The notes under the pieces: generated by a model
Database searches by the model: none
Seen by the model: only the letters and a program-made list of their open reading frames with translations
What the model was told of the DNA's origin: nothing
In this document: positions 59,700-64,000 of the stretch, one piece after another
How the letters are laid out: each line of letters starts with the position of its first letter
Position numbering within the stretch: position 1 is the stretch's first letter
NCBI GenBank assembly: GCA_020137815.1
Contig: CM035357.1
Span: 2,356,001-2,420,000, forward strand
DNA: 64,000 nucleotides
Direction: 5' to 3'
From: Hormiphora californensis
Lineage: Eukaryota; Animalia; Ctenophora
Translations under genes and position numbers: made by a program

Positions 59700-62600
59700 T
59701 CACCGCAAGACAAGACCAATAGTAGACCCCGGTTTACCATTACCAGCGTTTGTACTGGGTGGCACCTTCTCACCTGCTTCCCGGGCCGCCACGCATACCC
59801 TCCGGTGACGAACCAAGTAGAACTGGCGGGTAAATTTAGTGCCGCAAAAGTTGCAAATAAAGTTTTTGGAGGTGTAGTGTTCTTTTTCGTGTCGTGACCA
59901 GAGGGATCGGTAGGTGAAGAGCTTATTGCAGATGCTGCACGCGTAGAACGCTTCTCCTTTCTGAAAATACAGGAGTTGTGTAATTAAAAAAAAATTAGAG
60001 TTGCTGTGTTTCATAAACAGTCACTAGTTTTAGGTATTATTAGCACCTGAATATGTGAGTTGTCAATGGTATTAGGTTCAACAGTATTCGCCTTAGTTTC
60101 CCCTCTTTCGTCCTCCTCTTCCTCTTCTTCTTCCACCTCCTCCTGTTAGGGAAATATCCAGTCGTGAACAACGGAGGGATCTTGAAAGTTATTTACACGG
60201 GGAAACAGGGTTGAGCAAGGCACATAATGTTTACATAATTAGATAGAGGTCTGAGGTATGTTAACACAATGGGAGAGTTATAATGTATAATTTTAGAGAA
60301 TTACTAACCTCTTCTTCCTCGTCATCTGTAGCATTAAATCGGGTTGGTGTTCCTGTTGCCACGGGTTTCGAACAAGAGAGAGCCGGCCTGTCCCTACATA
60401 GTCTCATAAACTGGAGGAAGGGTTCAATTAGAACTTCCATGGAATTGGAATTAGAATTCCAATTTGGAAGACAGAAAGTAGTTCTTCTAAAACCTTCTTA
60501 TTTGTACTTAGTAGAAACTAGTTGAAATCATTGTTTCAGGGACTAATGGGCACATATTTTCAATACTTACGGGGTTAACGCTGGTTGAGCAGATGGTCTT
60601 GTTTTTCTCTTTGTGCCGCTTCAAGTTGACCTTCTGGGTAAATGTCAGGTTGCAGGTATCACACTGCCAAACCTTCCGTTCAGTCTTGTGACATTCCTCG
60701 TGCCGTTTCCACGAGGTCCTGTAGTGGAACCTGGGGAGGGGGTTACCATGGTTACCATTGGTAGTGGAACCTGGGGAGGGGGTTACCATGGTTACCATTA
60801 GTAGTGGAACCTGGGGAGGGGGTTACCATGGTTACCATAGAGAGGGAGAGCCTCTGGTGACCACTAACCATAATCGGAAAGGTCAACGTGGTTACTAAAG
60901 GCATTAAAAAGACAGACACCACAAAAATCTATAAATCAACTTACTGTTTCTCGCAATAATTACACCGGTACACTTTCTTATTCTGGTACTTCTTGACGTG
61001 GCTCTCGAGTGAAGCAGAGGATAGAAACTCACGGAGACAAGCCGAACAGGCATACCGTTTTGCCTGTTGCTGGGAAGGCAATATTTAGTGGTTAATTTAG
61101 GGGTTAGCTTTAATCACGCTGCTTGTTACTGGATCGGGTTCACAGTACATAAATAGAAAGTTTAACTATCCCCTCAAGTACCTGATTGCCTGGTGTTGCT
61201 GAGGATGTTCGGGATGATCCGACAACTAAACCAACAGGTAGTTCACGGGGCGAGGTATGTTCACCTGTCCAAATGAAAGCGTTAAAGTTGGGACCGAGTC
61301 CCCCTCTACCTAATGCAGAGGGGCAAAAGTGGGTAAAATTAGTCCCTCTCTCTCTCTTCCTTTGTTGAAGAAAAGAGACATCAAAACTTGGTCAAGTGTT
61401 TAGTGTTTACCTTGTCTGTTCTCATCATATTGATAACCCTTCCTAAACCCATCATCCTCTTCCTCTCCGCTCTCTTCTTCCCCACTCTCATCTTCATCCT
61501 TCATCTCAACACCTAAAGGGAAAAGAACTCAACATGATCTTCATAACTTCCAAATTTGAAGTCTCCATCTCATCAGGGGGTGGGGCTATCATGGCCGTGG
61601 GAACTTACACAAAGCCTAATCGAGGGCTTATTCAGCCCTACTATTTCCTACTAACCATCTTCTTCGTCGTCTTCTTCTCTGTCCTCCCCCGCTGAAGAAG
61701 TCCCGTCTTTCCGGACCACTGTCGAGGACTCTAGTGATAAGGGGACGTCCTTACCAAAACCTGGTGGGATTTCTCGAGTAAGGAATCAACAAGGTGGGAT
61801 GGGGTTCAGGTAAACCTAGACAGAACTCTACTGAATTTCCCTGTTTTGATTTCACAATCTGTGTGACACACAGATTCTCGACTCTGCTAGATGAAGATAA
61901 TTCAAAATGTGACTACTTATTTCGTCAATAATTCGTTCCCTAATGGGGTCAGATTATGTAATTATCTAATTAATTATACCCTATTATCCAATTAATTAGA
62001 CCCTGTTAGCTCTATAATTACCAGGGTGTTTTGAGTGAGCCAAGTTGTAGTGTTTTGTAAGCTGGTGTTTCTCCTTGAATACCTTCATACACACAACACA
62101 CTGGAGAAACGCTGAAATAATAGAACATGATAAAAACAGTGGAATAAAATCCCCAATAAATCGCAAACAAAAAGGTCATGATTTGGTAAATACGAGAGAG
62201 AAAGAATGGGTAACAGTTTCACAAAATTTCTTACATAGAGAGACCACAAGAGGGATCACATACTTACAGGGAGATTTGTTGTGTGCCGTATTATAGTGTC
62301 TAGTTAGCAGTCGCTTCTGTTTGAATTCCCTGGCACACACCACACACTGTAAACATTGCCGGGTGGGAGAGTTGGACCGCTGGTCAACATCTTGATCCGA
62401 TATGATGTGATCTGAAAAGATATGTATGGTTTAATAAATCTAGAGGTGTGACCAGGGCGACTCGATCAGATTGTCTGGAGCAGTCGAGGCGACAACCCTG
62501 TTCAGGGGGTTTGGCGGTAAAACCCCCAAAAAGGCTATAATAACACAAGTTAGCGCCAAATAGGACATTGAAATCTAATGAGGGACACACAAGTTGTGAT

Positions 62601-62706
62601 CCTTACCTGTCATGTGATGTTTATAGTCTCGATATGTGAAGAATTTATCAGAACACCTCTCACACTCGTAGGGGGCTTGTTCACCTCCCTCATTTCCTGA
62701 TATCAT
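59700..62706 (-). CDS. C2H2 zinc-finger protein with acidic linkers (ZNF-B), about 11 exons
   Basis: Fingers YECERC..H..DH, LQCVVC..RHYNTAH, LQCVVC..KHYNLAH, YACSAC, YRCNYC..RHEECH, WQCDTC, YACSIC..RHEKEH, FICNFC..RHRRVC across phase-compatible GT-AG exons; ATG 62706, TGA 59700. Confidence 0.85.
60721..60838. repeat. 39-bp tandem triplication spanning a splice acceptor of ZNF-B
   Basis: GTAGTGGAACCTGGGGAGGGGGTTACCATGGTTACCAT x3; on the minus strand each copy has ...CCCCAG|GTTCCACTAC. Confidence 0.9.
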
Positions 62707-63349
62707 ATCTCTGTGTAGATAGAGATGGGATTTTAAATTGATAAACCCGGGTTTAACGAGTAACAAGAGGAGGGGTTTAGAATACAATCAGGGTTATGAA
62801 TGTACACAATCGAGCGGGGCTATTTATACTTAGATTAGGAAGGGGTATTGGGTTGATTGTAGGTAGGGGTATTAGGGTAATAAAACAAATGATATATCAA
62901 TTGTAAAGTAAAGATTGTTCCATAATAAGGTAAGATAAAGATTCTGAAAAAAAGAAAGTTCCCACTTTTCAAAGCAAACTGTCTTTTGCAGCTCTCAAAA
63001 ATCCCATCCCTTATCCCAGACCCTTCACAAATCCCACCTATAATCTACAGATACCGTTAGAGCTGCCTTGTGTAACCCATATGTGTAACACATTTGTGAA
63101 ATATATCTTGAGATCCCGCCTAGTTCGACTCAGTTACGACTAGCACACTCAAATACACCACGTGATCGTTCTCTACCAATCGATTCTCTGTCTCCCCTTT
63201 ACGAGTGCTGACAACATGTCTTCTCAGTACTTTTACCGCGCCGCGCGCACCTAATTTCTCCCCCGCGCTCTACAAAAAAAGCTGAGTTTACAAATTTAGC
63301 GACAACACACTGACACAATATCATCATTATATCTGGTCCTAGTTTTGTT

Positions 63350-64000
63350 TCATATCACAGCCCCTCCGCTAGTCCCACAGCGAGAGGAAGACGGCATTGA
63401 GGACTCGGATGACATCGTTGTAGTTGGATCGGTCTGTCTGACCCCCTTACACACTTTCCTGTGTTTTGCGAGGTAATACTGGCGCTTGAAAACCTGAAAT
63501 AGGTGGTAAAATGTGTAGTTGAACTCTCTCTCTCTCTTTCTCTCTTTCTATATCTCCCTCTCTTTCTTCCAACTCCAACGATTAAAAATTCCATATGACG
63601 AAGACAGTTTATGGCCTCTAGGAGTTGTCTCCCAGAAATCCTATAATTCTGACCAAGTCACAGTTTAGGTTACAACCTTGTGTCACAAAGGCACCGTGAC
63701 CAGGGCAACGTGACCAAGGCAACGTAACCAAGGCAACGTAACCAAGGCAACGTAACCAAGGCAACATGACCAAGGCAACGTGACCAAGGCAAGGTAACCA
63801 GGGCAACGTAACCAAAGCAATGTAACCAGGGCCATGCAACCAAGGCAACGTGCCCAAAAAAGGCAACACTCACCGTTCCACAGGTATGACATTTAAAGCT
63901 GTTATCAGTGGAGTGACTCTTGAGATGCCGCGTGAAGAGGGACCGATAGGTGAACACCTTATTACAAATCGTACATTCATGGACTGTTATTCCTTTACCT
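63350..64000 (-). CDS. 3' end of a second C2H2 zinc-finger gene (ZNF-A), paralogous to ZNF-B
   Basis: HECTICNKVFTYRSLFTRHLKSH..FKCHTCGT | (intron ~63873-63494) | VFKRQYYLAKHRKVC...GAVI*; the gene continues beyond the window. Confidence 0.82.
63690..63852. repeat. 15-bp minisatellite (CCAAGGCAACGTAA/G) in the ZNF-A intron
   Basis: About 11 tandem copies. Confidence 0.9.

Overview
Eukaryotic, intron-rich genomic DNA with very dense (GA)n microsatellites and MITEs. Inferred source is a ctenophore, probably Pleurobrachia/Hormiphora-like, based on a ctenophore-type spliced-leader (SL) sequence, a characteristic ~110-bp CCAAT/CACGTG repeat and lineage-typical secreted domains. A co-oriented minus-strand series runs right to left: C2H2 ZNF-A (partial), ZNF-B, a KIAA0825/DUF4495-like gene, rabenosyn-5, an A1CF/RBM47-family RRM gene, fumarase and an unknown acidic protein gene. 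Three of these host six nested genes. Fumarase intron 4 holds MIPEP and RPS4, both with uninterrupted CDSs and on the SAME strand as the host. A rabenosyn intron holds an antisense MFS transporter. A ~7.8-kb intron of the KIAA0825-like gene holds three antisense secreted-protein genes. The most striking signals are an operon-like gene pair inside the fumarase intron, a genomic SL exon without a GT donor (joined to an ATG) trapped between inverted ~70-90-bp repeats, a duplicated FYVE exon with only synonymous differences, and a hAT-type MITE with CCAAT/E-box motifs beside splice donors. All gene models were built by eye. Several single-base frameshifts and a garbled segment (2.56-4.26 kb) indicate assembly errors, so fine structure needs read-level checking.
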